Shown one piece after another: positions 12,801-25,528 of a DNA stretch of 64,000 nucleotides (positions within the stretch are counted from its first letter, which is position 1; each line of letters opens with the position of its first letter). Location: positions 248,001-312,000 of the forward strand of contig JAYWIR010000079.1 of the NCBI GenBank assembly GCA_036172245.1. The letters are read 5' to 3'. The notes under the pieces are model-generated. The model ran no database searches. It worked only from the letters and a program-made list of their open reading frames with translations, and was not told the DNA's origin. Origin of the DNA: Raillietiella orientalis. Lineage: Eukaryota. The translations under genes and the position numbers were made by a program.

Positions 12801-15800
12801 AGAGAGGCCTTCCTCGCGGTTCCCGTCAGAGACAACCAGCCATACGATTTCCTCCCAAGAATCAGAGAGGGGCTGACAGCGTTCGTTATGGTGGTCCCGT
12901 CGGGGATTTCCTGAGTTGCACGGCACCCTCGGGTGCCGCTGATGCTCCCTCTTGCACACGGTGACATCGTGGAGGTGCCGTTAAGGGGATGTTTCTAAGG
13001 GATGGACGGTTCTCGAGACCTTAGAGAACCCAAAAAGGATTTCTTTCGCCTAAGATTCATCGTGGATTCGCCTAAGAGCAGAATGGAAGCGTCTTCCTCG
13101 AACCGATTCGCCTGCCCTCTGGCAAATATCGGCCATAGAAGCTTCCCGGTAGCCTAGAAGCCCGCTTTATATCCCCTTTACCGAAATACACCCCAGACGA
13201 AAGTAGGAAAAAAGACTCCGAGAGTGCGGGGGCGTCCGTGTAACACGCCTTCCTGCTGACGGGTCTTGTACACGCCCTTGTCGCGAGGAAAGCGAAGCCT
13301 CCGCTATCCCGTTCAGGAACAAGCCGCTCCAACGAAAGGTTGTTCAGTGGCTGAGGGAAAGGAGGTAGGGAGAGGAGCTGGACAAGGAAGGGGAACGGGG
13401 TAGTGGTCTTCGTTGCTCGTGCCATCTTCCTTCACGAGATGCACTTCCTCGGACCGGCATCCCCACAAAAATTCTGGTGCGCCCATAGGTTCCATGGAGA
13501 GTCTTGAAACCTGGCTCATGGCTTTCGCTCGGTGGCATTGACCACATGTCAGACGGAGAGCAAGGTGTTCTGGTCGGCTGCTTGTGGTATCGTCTCTTCC
13601 TCGTTCGTCCTCTGGCACCTGCTCCTGCCCACTACCAAGCCTCCTCTTTTGCTCCTCCTTCCCCGTGCGAGGCCGCAGCGGCTCGACTTTTCCTGCCCCG
13701 CCTCCCCCCTGCGGGTAGGACGGGGAGGTGGGACGTCCTCGGCGCGTAGCAGGAGAGCCTTCCCGCACGCCGGTGGGCGCTCTCGCGCAGAGTCGAGTGG
13801 AGTGGTCTCCTGCAGCGCTGTCAAAATTCGCCACGGGGGGAAGAGGGAGAGGAACCGTTTGCCCACACCTGTTTCCGTCCTTCTGGGAGATCCCACCTGT
13901 CGCTTTCTCTCCATCGCTTTCCCTCCTTAAACTGCCAGTCCGCTATCCCAAATAGGGAGAGGCGAATCCTCCTCTGTACACCCCCCAACAACTCAAAGTC
14001 TGGGAATCCTCAGCAGTTCGTTATGCAAAGAAAAAATCTCCAGACAGGCAGACTCTTTTCTCGAATAAGGGCGAGGACAAAGGAGGGAGAGAGACAACGA
14101 AAAAAAAAGGCGCTGCACTTTCTTGCTCGAGGACCCTTACTGTTCGCTCAAACTCTTTGGGGAGGACAGCTTCTACCCCCTTTCAGCAGAGGAACATGCT
14201 GTGTCCTTCTCCAGCAAAGGCCGGCATCTTAGGAGACTCTTGTTCCAGGTCCCCAGGTGTCCCTGCCTTCTCCAGCAGGCACTAGCCGCCAAAGGACACT
14301 TTGTTGCCGACTACTCTTGCGACATTAACGGGAACACGGAGTGCCTCTATCACAAGGGCGCAGTGCACTGCGTGCGCAGTGGGCTGCCCAACCGAGACGG
14401 TGCCTCCCAGCAGTGCTGCTACGACAGGGAGGGCTATCTCATGATGACGGCGGACAAGAAGTGGGGGGGCACCCCGCAGAGAGCGCACAACTTGGGCATG
14501 CTGCCCTACTTCGAGGCGAACAAGGTCCCCACAATGTCCCACTGGTATCACGACATCATCCCTTTCTACCTCTGCTGCATGTGGAACAAGGAGCAGAGCG
14601 ACTCCTGCGAAATGTACCGCTTCGAGATGAGGGTATCGCAGGACTGCGTCGGCTACCAGCCTCCCACGGCAGGTATTCGCATCTTCCCCCTTTCCCTCCG
14701 TAACCATTTCTTCCATTTCTCAGCCGCGGTGTACGGAGACCCTCACATCACCACTTTCGACAACGTTGAGTACACGTTTAACGGACGCGGGGAATTCGTT
14801 CTGGTCCGCGCCAATACCGCCAACCACAAGCTGGACGTGCAGGGACGGTTCGAGGCCGTCGAGAACAATTTGTCTGGGTTCTCTCTGGGAACCACACTGA
14901 AGGCGGTTGCAGGTGAAGGACCTGTCTCCATCGGGTCCCTGCTTGCTAATTTCAATTTTCTTTCTCGCTCCTTTCAGCTAAAGACAACCAGTCCAGCACT
15001 GTCGAGGTCAAGATGAGATCACCTGAGTCCCAGTGGCGGTATAAGCTGGACATAACCGTGGACTCCATCCCCATCTATTTCGATTCTTTCTCTACGAAAA
15101 TACAGCAGTTCAAAGGTAACTTTTTCGGAAGCAAGGGACTCCTAGAAGAGATTCCTTTGTTTCTTGCCTTCTTTTCCCGTTCCAGGAGTCACCGTCTACA
15201 CCCCGAGCAATATCCTCAACCAATCAATCATCGTCATCATGTTCCAGTCCGGAGCGGGAGTAGAGGTCGTCGAAAGCCGCGGATACATGTCTTGCCGTGT
15301 TTATCTGCCTCTCGTGTTCATGGTAAAGTGCAAAAGACGCTGCTGCAGTGTGTGAGTCTCATGCAGGACCGTCACTCGGCTAACTCTCGTTACAAGTCTT
15401 GCGTTTTCGTGCCGAAATTCTCAAAGAATGCCGGAGGTTCACTGTTGTTTCGCTGAATTCAGTCAGATCTGTTGCTTGCCTAGGGTCTTCCTATCTGCAA
15501 CTCTCCCAAACGAAACCAGCTTCCAAAAGGTGAGAGGCTGGTTTTGTTTGGGAGTCCTGAGGTCCTTGCAGAGCGAACCAACCAGACCCTTGGATCTGCG
15601 CCTTTTTGGGGGGAGGGCTGGCCAATAAATTTGCACAGGATAAAGATAGATTTGGAATGAGGTCGAAAGAATTTGGGGATTAGCCAGAGACGGATTTTAG
15701 AGAAAGAAAGTATCCAGAACCAGACTGCCCGCAATCAAAAAGAACGGAAGGATGCGCCAACGCCTTGATTTTATGGATGAAGGAAGAGAGTCCCAAGAAC

Positions 15801-18800
15801 TGGGACTAGTGGATGAATAGCAGCCTCGCTCAAAATCGGAAGGAAGAGGCAGATTGCTGCTGATGGATCCATCCATTTTCAATAATGCTTAGGTCGAGAA
15901 TGCCTCAGGGATCAAGCAACATCTCCTGGAACAGCTGGAGTCTTTCAGCTTTGACCCATGCCGCCTCATGACTTGGGCAGGTTTATCAATAATGCTGCAC
16001 CCATTCGGCAGAGTGAAGTGCATCCTGCATGAGATGTTCCTCCTGAAGGCAGAAGGCAAAAGTATGAACAAACTGCAAGGCCACAGACTTCATCAGATCG
16101 TTGAAAACGATGAGTGACGAAATTCATCCTTCCGAGAAAACTTTTGCAACTCGGACGGCGTGTTTTGGACGTGGGTTTAATCCGAGACTTCGATTAATTT
16201 CGGAAGAACACTTCAATAGAACTTCGCTAACATCCCTCCCGGGAAGTTCGAACCTTCGCCGCGTTGGATAGCGTTGAGTTTCGTCTCTTAGTCCATCGGC
16301 AAGGCTCTCACTCAAATCGAAATGGTAGATGAAAATTCAACAGCCTGCTGTAGCTGAGACATCGGCCACTAGAAGTTGGCTCTTGCTTCGAAGGATGCGT
16401 TTCTGCTTTGCAGACGTGCGGCCGAAGGCTCAGAAGCGAGGAAATGTGTGTTGGGGCAGCGGCCAGCAGTTAAACGGCAGCATATGAGAACGACAATCAC
16501 ATCGTTGAAGATAAAATGGACTGGCAGCATCACAAGAAAACCAAATTGAATTCCAAGTGCAACAAGCATCCACCTACACCTCATTCACTCAAATTTTAGG
16601 ATTCAGAAAAGCCTCGATGCACAATGTTCTCCGACGTCTCGAGGGGGAAAAAAAATTATTCAACAGATCTCAACTTGGTGTGAGGAAGAAGTTTTTCTTC
16701 GATCCTCTCTTTCTAAAGGAATTCTTCTATAATTTCGAAACACAATTAATAGTGGAAACAAAATTGTATGAATATTGGAAGTACTCCAAAATCTGCGAGA
16801 AATACCTGAAGCGATTCCTTCAGAAGAGCGTATGAAAAAATAATAATTAAAAAAAAATCGCTCTTCCTTTTACTGTCTTCCTTACTCAGGCTAATTGCTT
16901 GGCTCAGGAGTCTGAGCAGCGACCTTAGGATATGGCGCATAATTGAACCAGCTAGCAGAACTCCAGAAAAAAGACTCAAGAAAGCAAATGATGTCAGATA
17001 CAAGCATCAGTCATCTCCCAGCTATTCCTTGAACCCCACTCACAAGAAACTCCGTTTTCTAGCGGGGAAACTTTTCTCGCCTCCAGAATGGAGTCAAGGA
17101 TGAAGATATGTTGTGTACGATCTGTTTTTCTTTCCAGACGTGGGAGAGTGGATGTTATCAAAAAAAGAAAAATCGTTGAGGTGGGATAAGTCCGACTCTT
17201 TTTTTTCTCGATATTTTATCCTTGATAACTCGATGTTCCCCCTTCATAATCGATAAGAAACTATTTGTAGTACTTGCACTATCGAAAAAATCAGCTCAGA
17301 TAAATTTGGTCAACGAGACCACGGTGACGTGAATGTTTAAACAGATCCAAGAGGAAACAAAAAAAAAAAAAAAACGGAAAAAAGAGAGAGAGAAAAGGAA
17401 GCCTTTTTGAAAAGCGCGAAGACTTGCCGTTTGAGCAGCATGAAATTTAAAGAATGTCGTTTCGTTAACCAATGTTTGTCGGAGGGTGGTTCATTAATTG
17501 GAATATTTACTTGCCTTCGGAAGAATTTTGCTTGGATATCTGCTGCTGCTAATCAGCATGCACATCAGATGGCCATCACATCGTCTGTGGGGATTCTTCG
17601 CTGAAATGAATCGAAGAAATATTGCTTTCACGGAACACTGTTCATCAAATAGATGACTTTAGCAAGCATACGGCGTGCACGTGGCAGCCGAGCTTGCTTT
17701 CAGCAGTTCCTAAAATGCAAGGATCGGCAGTTCTTTCAATCTTAATCATTCTTTTGTGAATCTCCGTGTCCGTTCGCCTAATGATGCTGCATTAACGTGC
17801 CATGAGGTTTTTCAGCATCTTTTGTGAGCTTATCTTCGTTTTTCTTTTTTACAGAATAAAACCAGAGGGCTCTTCGGAAACTGGAGTGGAAACAAAGAGG
17901 ATGATTTCCAGAGACCAGATGACCCTAATGACAGCTACGAATACCTCGATCCCAACAACTTCCAGTTGGTGCATGAGCGATTTGGAATGAAATGTAAGGA
18001 CTCTTTGCACACTGCAAGGATGTGCTTTGCTTTAAATGAAAAGATCTTTGTGCGTGTCTAAAAGCTGTTCCAAAATTCGCTGAGGCAAACTTCGTGGAAT
18101 ATGGCACGGACTGCCAACCGATCATTTTATAAGCACTAAAACATAATGTTCGAAACGAATCTGCGGTTCCTCGCATCTCATAGACCCGTGCCACAGCCAT
18201 GAGACCATACTGATGACGTCTTTCTACTGAGTTTTCGAAGCGAAAATCATCTTAAGCATAAAACAAAAAATGCGGGAGTCAACTCAGCAGTCCGATAATA
18301 AAAACCCTTTCCTCCGTCCTCAGGCTCTGTGCACTAAGCAGCTGACTGTGTCTACACCCCAAACCACCTATGTTCCTTAAGCACCGTATCTCCTACATAT
18401 CTTTGGGTCTAAAGTTCTTTCCTTTATCCAGGGAAAGTCTTCTCCCAAATCTCGAAGTCATGACTTCGCGGTAATCGTCCTTCAACTGATGCTTGGAAGT
18501 TTCTGCGCTGTTTACCTCGCCGTTTCGCCTCCCGTTCTCATATGCAAGAGCCTTTTCCGCAATAAGTCCATCAACTGAGATTTTCCAGTGCTGTTCTGGA
18601 AACTCTCACCAAAGTCCTCAAACAGAATTGAGGCTCTCTTCCGAAACATGTACCACAACAGGAATCCTACTCCCACACGAGCGAATGATTTTCCTTCGCC
18701 TTGGGTTATCCCCTCTGATCCCACTATTGATGCGATCCACTGTTCGTGTTTGACAAACGTCATTCCCCCAAAAGTCAATGACTCAAGTAAAAAAAAAAAA

Positions 18801-21800
18801 AAGTCTGGTTTTCTTTAAATGAAGAATCTGTTTTTTCCATGAATACTAAGATTTGAGATTCCTTAAGTGAGGAACTGAGTTACCGACGTGAATCATTTTT
18901 GCCCGTCAGATGTGCTTGATAGAAAAAGCTCCGCCTGCACTCACTGTGTTTCGTTTCAGGGGCCGTCGAAGACAAAGATGATCCGCTGAAGGGAAAATCC
19001 TTATTTTTCCACACGAACGAAAGATCTTCCAACTTCTACTACGACGAAGCGTACAAGCCCTTGTTCGAAAAGATGCCTACGCTACCTGATAACATGTAAG
19101 AGCTACAAGAACTGCCTACTCCTTCCACTACCTTGCATTCTCAAGAAAGCTCTCATCCTACTGTGCACAAATCAGCAAACACACAGTCACGATGCTGTTG
19201 CATTTTGCTAGAAACGCAGAATCGTCGTTGTTCTCAGTTGACTCGGGGGTCATTTGTCCTGCCTAGTTCAGCCCTCGGCAAATGCGATGTAATGTTTCCC
19301 TGCTCCTCTTTTTGTCTCCCAGTCCTTGATCCCTGCATGTATGAGAACAGGGGCAAAGCGAAAGCTCGGTCGCAGTCCAGAACCTGCGAAGAGACTGCAA
19401 GCGTGGCAAATCGTCGACAGTGAAGCGCGAAACGAACACGAGGGCGGAAACCACAGAATTTGCACGATAATTACGTTGATGGTTCGACCAAATACTGTGT
19501 GAAGAGGGCAGTTTCCTTTTCGAAGCAAATGGAGGGAAAAGAGTCATTGGGGCGTAGGAGCGTAATGAATTTCCTTTGGATTTCTGCATGCTTGTAAGAT
19601 GTGGAGCTGCTAGACAGAGCTCGGATTAAGAATCTCCAAACCCAAAGGAGCATAATATCTGCCTGACTGATAAGAATGAATGGCCACTCGGCTCATCGAA
19701 GGTAACGACATTGTGGCAAGGTGGGAAAAGGAATCGGGATTCCTGAGGCAAATTATGTCGGCAAAAACATCAAAAAGGCACTTTCTATGAACTGAAAAAA
19801 AAAAAAAAAAAAATTCCTGGACCCTATTAATCCAAGAAATTCCAACCATAGAATTCCTCGCAGCCATCCCATTTGTTGATAGATAGCAGGCACATGCAGT
19901 GAGTGATCCTTCCAAAGCGAGAGGTCATTTGTTGAATGTCAGTAGGCGTTTGATTTCTTTGTCTTGTCTATACTCACTTCTCTAGGTCACAGAGAAGCAG
20001 ATTCGAAAGTGTTTTAGCAGCGGATGCCTCTTGATTACACTTTGCTGTGAATTCTGTCATTGCCATTCCGTCGCTGAAATTTTTCGTGCCCAACTCTGAG
20101 CGAATATCGGCATTTTTAACACCTCTAGAAATTTCCTTTCAAGTATTTGACGGCGTCAAGTATTTTACCAGCTACTCTTCACCTCCGGAATATTCTTCGA
20201 GGAGAATTGCCATGCTCAAATGATGATCTCTGGATCAGTTAGCTATGAGTTGGAAAAGCGCCACCACTCCAAGATTCGGGAGAAGATGCAGGAGGAAATG
20301 ACAGATACTTCGAGATGCACCAATTCTCATCTCTCCAAATCCGTTTCCAATGTTTCATTCGTATTATGCTTTTCATATGCGTGCATATGACCCTCGAGTG
20401 GACCTACTAGCAGTCACCTGCTAGCTTCAGACCAAGATGATTGAATTTCGAGATTCAATCTAGTATATAGGCATTTTACTACTAAAGGAATTTGCATGGA
20501 ATGTAGATTGTGGAAGTATCAAAACCATTGGAGTCCATTTCTATGTTTTTTGAAATTCTTTTCATGGTTGGAGAAAAGTAATCATTCCATCGCCTTTAGA
20601 TGTCAAATGGAACTAACAGAAGGCGAATGAAGCACTGATTCCTTTTATGTTTTTTTTTTTCTATGTTTTTTTCCTTTTAGTGCTTTACATTTGTGTGCAT
20701 TACCTCAACATATTTCTCACTCTTCAAACCCGTTCGTATTTCCTGTATGGAGTTATTACTCACAATGGCTTCTAACTAGTCATTGTAACTAATAAATTCT
20801 AATGGCAAGGTGCATGTACATCGTCATCTTCCTTCTCTTTCTCTAATACAGGGAAACTATTCGAACTCGTGATCTGAATGAAACAACGGAGACTCATTTT
20901 AACTTGACAAGAGTGACTTTAATGCATTCAGATCATCAGAATTGAGAGCTGAACTCAATCACAGCTTCGGAAATGAAGTTTTGCAGGAGCGTTTGCTTAT
21001 GAGACGAAAAGCTTAGAGATGTAGGAGTTCGAAACGATGCTGAAACCACAATTTGATGCTAGTGTTCGCCTTTGGATCTCACAGTTCATCTCTCTGAACA
21101 AATTATAGGATACCTAAAAAGGAAAAAAAGTAACTCTGCGTTTACTGTTAATTCATATGCAAGGCAAGTAAGAACACATTCCCTTTCACGTGAAAGGATC
21201 ATTATTTCATTCAGAAATCAGAGGTAACAACAGCATCATGATTTCCACATGACAATGACCTGAAAGTCTGCCACACATTCTTGTATTTATTTTTCATGTT
21301 TTTTAGAACTCTCAAGAATCAGGATGTCTTGAAATTCTGTGGCATGTCGTACCAGTGTTATTTCGATTATGCTGTAACTTACAACCGTGAACTAGCCCGC
21401 TGGACCAAGCATTTCCAAGATGAATTTGTGAACATTAAGCAAATAGGGCTGCAAAAGGGTATGTGCATGCAATCGATTTGAGATCCGCTTTCGATCATTC
21501 GATACAATAACCATGCGCCGTTTCCATCATTGCGGTTTCGGAGAACTCATTCAATGAGATTGCTTTTGTTTTGAATGGCGCCTTTTTTCTCGAATTAGCC
21601 ACGGTGACCACGCGCTTCCGGTTAAAATTCCTGACCGAAGGATCCGTGGAAAGCGAAAGCGGTCCCCGCCAATGGGAACTCATAGCAATGCATCTTTGTT
21701 TGTCTTGATCAGTTCGAACAAGCCTGCTCGAACCCTGAAGAAGGGACTGAATTTTTCTTCGGAGGGATCCAGTTTCTTGGCTGCAGAAAACTGTTTCTCA

Positions 21801-24800
21801 ATGTAGAGATCGAATGGTACCTTTGATTTTGAGGAAGAGAAATTCTCTTCGCTCCGGTGACCGATGTGTTCTCTGGAAACTGGAAACGTGTGCAGCAAGG
21901 CTGGCTGAATGAGTATTTCAGTATAAATATTAGATTGCATGCCGATATTCGAAAAATATTAGTCCTTCTATATTCCTCGATTGTTTTGTGCTACCGATAG
22001 ATTTATTAATGCTCTTGACTGAAGATATGGGCTTTTTGTAAATATCAATAATACTATTTTTTTTGAATAGTGATTTCCTGCGGTGCGTTAGCGACTCCCA
22101 AACACGGAAGAAAAAGCAGTGTTTTTTATACACCTGGATCTGTTGTTAAATTTGACTGTGATGCTGGTTACATCTTGATCGGAGACAGAGAAAGAAAATG
22201 CGAATATGACGGACAGTGGAACGACCCGGAGGCTGGAAAAGCAAGATGCTTGCGTAAGCCTTTATATGTTTTCAGCATGAAATTTTTCCAATGCCACTGT
22301 TTATCCACGTTATTTTATTTCTTCAATCTAAAATGGGGATATTACCACAATCGATCAGTCTACCACTCTTATAAAGTGCACGCACAAAAAGTTATCGCTA
22401 GAATTCGTGTATTACAATGTTTCGTTATTGTCGAAAATTCAGGGGCTGCTTGTAATTATTATGATGCAAACAGGTGATGTGTGCCAATTAAATTTGATTA
22501 ATTGATTGTTTAAATAAATAAATACATATATATCAATTCGAAACGAAGAGATGAATGAAAGTGATGAAACAGCATAATGAATGAGAATTAATTTCAGATG
22601 TTTTTCAAAATTTAAGATACACGTATTCCTATGAAAGTCTGCGTCATCCTCTCAGTGACAAAACTTGGTCTTTGCCATTTCACAATCACAGCTAGAAAAA
22701 TCCTGCTTTTTTTATTAGGGAAATGCCTGGAAGAACCCTTGCTTGAAAAACCCATCTTGAAAAACCTAAGCATCGGTCTCCATCCTTTTCGATCCCCAGA
22801 TTGCATCTACTGTCTTACAAAAAATCCGAACACCTGGACACATGCATGCATAAATAATAAAAAACAAACTTTGAAACAAGTTTCTCAACGGAGACATCGG
22901 AATTTTTTAGTGCGATGCCAAACCTCATGTATCAATCATCACTATGCATCATCGTTTGCAATACAGCAACCAAGACACGGACATTCAGACTTCTTTCGTC
23001 TCTCTTGAATGGCACCAATTATAGTTACAGTTGTATTTCACAGATGCAGCTTTGTGGTTTGCATCTTTGCAAAGCCACATGAATTCGTTCGTGATTAAAG
23101 AACCGAAATTCGCAGAGAACCTGAATCTTCACAGTTGCTATTTTGTCCATGAAAACCTCGGTCAGTTTTCCCATGTTGCTTTGGTTCCCAAACTCCCTAG
23201 CTTAATTTTCGAGTTGAAGAAGTATACTTTGATTATTTTTTTGTGCGAATGCAAATGGTGGAAGTATTATTGCTGGCAATAATCAAAATTCCCTTCTCTT
23301 CACAAAGCTGTCAATTTCATGGGACCTTCGATTTCGAAAATTGCATGTTTTTTTTTTTTTTTTCTTTTGTTACTTTGATCTTTTTTTCTCTCATCGCTCC
23401 TCACCATTATGTTTGAAAGTTATGAAACTCATCAGGATGTGTTTGCAAGTTCGACAGCGACGTAAGGCAACAGATGAATCTAGTAGAATGGTTCTCTGAA
23501 ACCAGAACACTGGAATAGAAAGCAATTTACTTTTTGCTATTTCTTAAACTCTCCATAGATTGATCCTTCGTTTCTATTTCACTCATCTTGTTATGATCAT
23601 TTTTTTTTTGTTCAGTGATTCCTTTTGATTCTGGAAATTTCACTGATGAGGATGTACAAAGAGTATCTCATTCTACCAATCAAAGTAACCAATAAGCACT
23701 CATGCATTTGTTATGGATTCTGATACTTTGGTGTCATGAAAATATATCTCGTGATTTTTCTCTTTTCTTCGACTTTTAGGTTTTTCAACACTCGATAATT
23801 CATGTTTGCCATACTTGGGAGGTGCACATCGGAAAGAAAAACTCCTTAAAAATTGAGCTAGTTGTGATTAATTGTGATTATTAAAACTCTAGATAGCGTT
23901 TAGATTAGATGAGGAATAATTAAATTTCAATGCAGTGATTAAATTTAAGATAATTGTCACGGTCGTTACAGGGCTTCAAATTAAGCAAAACATTAGGCAT
24001 AGAAATTTTTCATCACCAGTCCTGGAAAATTAGAAACAGCGCATTCAGAATTTTGGGAGAAATTCTTTTATGTTTTCAATTGTAAGCAAAATTTTTTGCA
24101 GCTTTGCTCCATTTCGTAAAATCATACGTAAGACACATATGGTACGCATAAGCTGTTTTATTACCACAGCAGTAACAGTTAACGGTTGATGGTATGCCTC
24201 AAGAACGTGTGTTTCTAGAGGCACGAGCACATGCTTAAAGACATGTAATGCTATCTGTCTATCTGTCTTTAAGCAATTTATATATATATATATGTACATA
24301 CATACATGCATGCAGAGGGAAACATGACTTATCCAATTTTGTACAAAACAGATGGCTGGAAGAGTGCAGAAAAGAACAATGAAAAGAATCAATATAACTG
24401 TAAACTTGATAGTAGCTGTTAATCAATGGTAATGAAGAGCTTCCTGAAATCTTTTCGTAGAATCAAGGGCCTTTCGGAAATGTGGACGCTCCTAAATCAT
24501 GTATCCATGAATTGACTACGAAACTCGTCACAAGTAACCCCATTATCCATTTATCTGAAACTTAATAAAATCACCTGCGCTGCATACTCAGTGTACTAAG
24601 TACACGGTCAGTCGAGCTGCTGATTCTGCGAAAGTTCAGATTTGAGGAAGTTCACTGTGTTTGAGGAAACTGACCGTAGAAAGCGCTCTCTGAAGTATCC
24701 GATTTTCGGGTGCTTCGCGAGAGTGCCCAAAAAATGATGGTGTATGTTTCGTAAAACAACGCATCATTTGTAGTTATGTTGCTTTTGCCTTCTATACTAA

Positions 24801-25168
24801 TATGTCTTGTTCCAGCTGAGGAAAGTTATTCCGCTATGATGGCAGGAATTACTTCGGGCATTGTGATAGCAGTTGTCATACCTTTATTATGTATAGCAGT
24901 ATTAATCCTGGTGTGCATAAAAAAGAATCGAAGACGTAAAAATGCTGCCCCCCTAAAAAACGGGTCTCTAATACCTAAATCTGGAAATCACGATTCTGGC
25001 AAAGGTTCTTCAGAAGAGAGTCCCGGAAAATCGAAATCTTACGAACCTCGTGATCTCGATGGCGAATATTTTACAGGAGAACCTTTGCCTAACAGATATA
25101 ATTACGAATTTGATGACGAGAACGAAAAATACCCTCCTGTTACAACTGGACATTCAGCCATGGTTTAA
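9842..25168 (+). CDS. mesh: Mesh (SUSD2/MUC4-related) single-pass adhesion protein, isoform with terminal exon A; 5'-incomplete model
   Basis: Exons, all GT-AG and phase-consistent: 9842-10092, 10183-10373, 10429-10609, 10761-10898, 10971-11139, 11234-11491, 11566-11759, 11849-11994, 12055-12193, 14249-14672, 14724-14912, 14978-15115, 15186-15322, 17855-17993, 18960-19095, 21307-21458, 22071-22253, 24816-25168 (about 1172 codons). Domains: NIDO ([29 protein letters not shown]), IPT/TIG ([18 protein letters not shown]), AMOP ([25 protein letters not shown]), VWD starting GDPHITTFD, Sushi ([12 protein letters not shown]...[11 protein letters not shown]...W...C) and a TM helix. The first listed exon starts in phase 1, so the signal-peptide exon(s) lie further upstream. 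Confidence 0.93.
12340..12690 (+). mobile_element. Degenerate tRNA-derived SINE-like repeat, copy 1 (mesh intron)
   Basis: B-box-like GGTTCAAATCC at 12370-12380. 12350-12385 is 30/36 identical to the reverse complement of 37302-37337. Further colinear blocks are shared (CACTGGTTGGCCT, GACTGGCC, CATGGAGTTGGTTACC). Boundaries are approximate. Confidence 0.55.
20802..21040 (+). mobile_element. Highly degraded RTE-like non-LTR retrotransposon fragment (post-RT region)
   Basis: Stop-interrupted translations [14 protein letters not shown] and [30 protein letters not shown] resemble the RTE-clade pattern PILxYGxETW...AxEMKFLRxI...RD.IRNE. Recognised by eye only. Confidence 0.35.
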
Positions 25169-25199
25169 TGTTATTGGTGTCAAAACACGCTCGATACAA

Positions 25200-25205
25200 A
25201 ATAAA
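25200..25205 (+). promoter_or_regulatory. Polyadenylation signal for mesh isoform A
   Basis: AATAAA about 30 nt after the exon A stop and before the exon B acceptor. Confidence 0.6.
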
Positions 25206-25252
25206 ATGCTCAAAGAATGTTTACACAGCGTAATACTACGATACTATTTTAG

Positions 25253-25528
25253 CTGAGGATAGCTACCAAGCCATGATGGGAGGTATCACATCCGGAATTG
25301 TTTTGGCCGTTGCTATACCCATACTGTTGATTGCTCTTTGCATCCTCTTGTTGGTACGCCGACGTCGATCCAGGAAACGAAAACAGTACGTATCCGAGAT
25401 TAGGATACATCGCTTTTTACGGAGTCTTCAGGAATATGATATATGTTACATCAGGAAGAGATGCATCTACACTACCTATGAATGCGGCAGCTTCTTCACG
25501 TTTGGTTGGCAAAGAAACGGCAACGTGA
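25253..25528 (+). CDS. mesh: Alternative terminal exon set B of mesh (second TM segment plus short tail)
   Basis: Acceptor ttttag at 25251-25252 is in the same phase (1) as exon A. Exon 25253-25385 encodes (P)EDSYQAMMGGITSGIVLAVAIPILLIALCILLLVRRRRSRKRK, 26/42 identical to exon A. A probable 46-nt intron (25386-25431, GTACGT...TTCAG) leads to 25432-25528, QNMIYVTSGRDASTLPMNAAASSRLVGKETAT*. If the intron is retained, the stop is at 25537-25539. Confidence 0.8.

Noticed and set aside
21598..21682. Intronic hairpin followed by GCCAATGGGAAC resembling an HDV-like ribozyme 3' end
   Set aside because: No pyrimidine-rich L3 or P1.1 can be formed.
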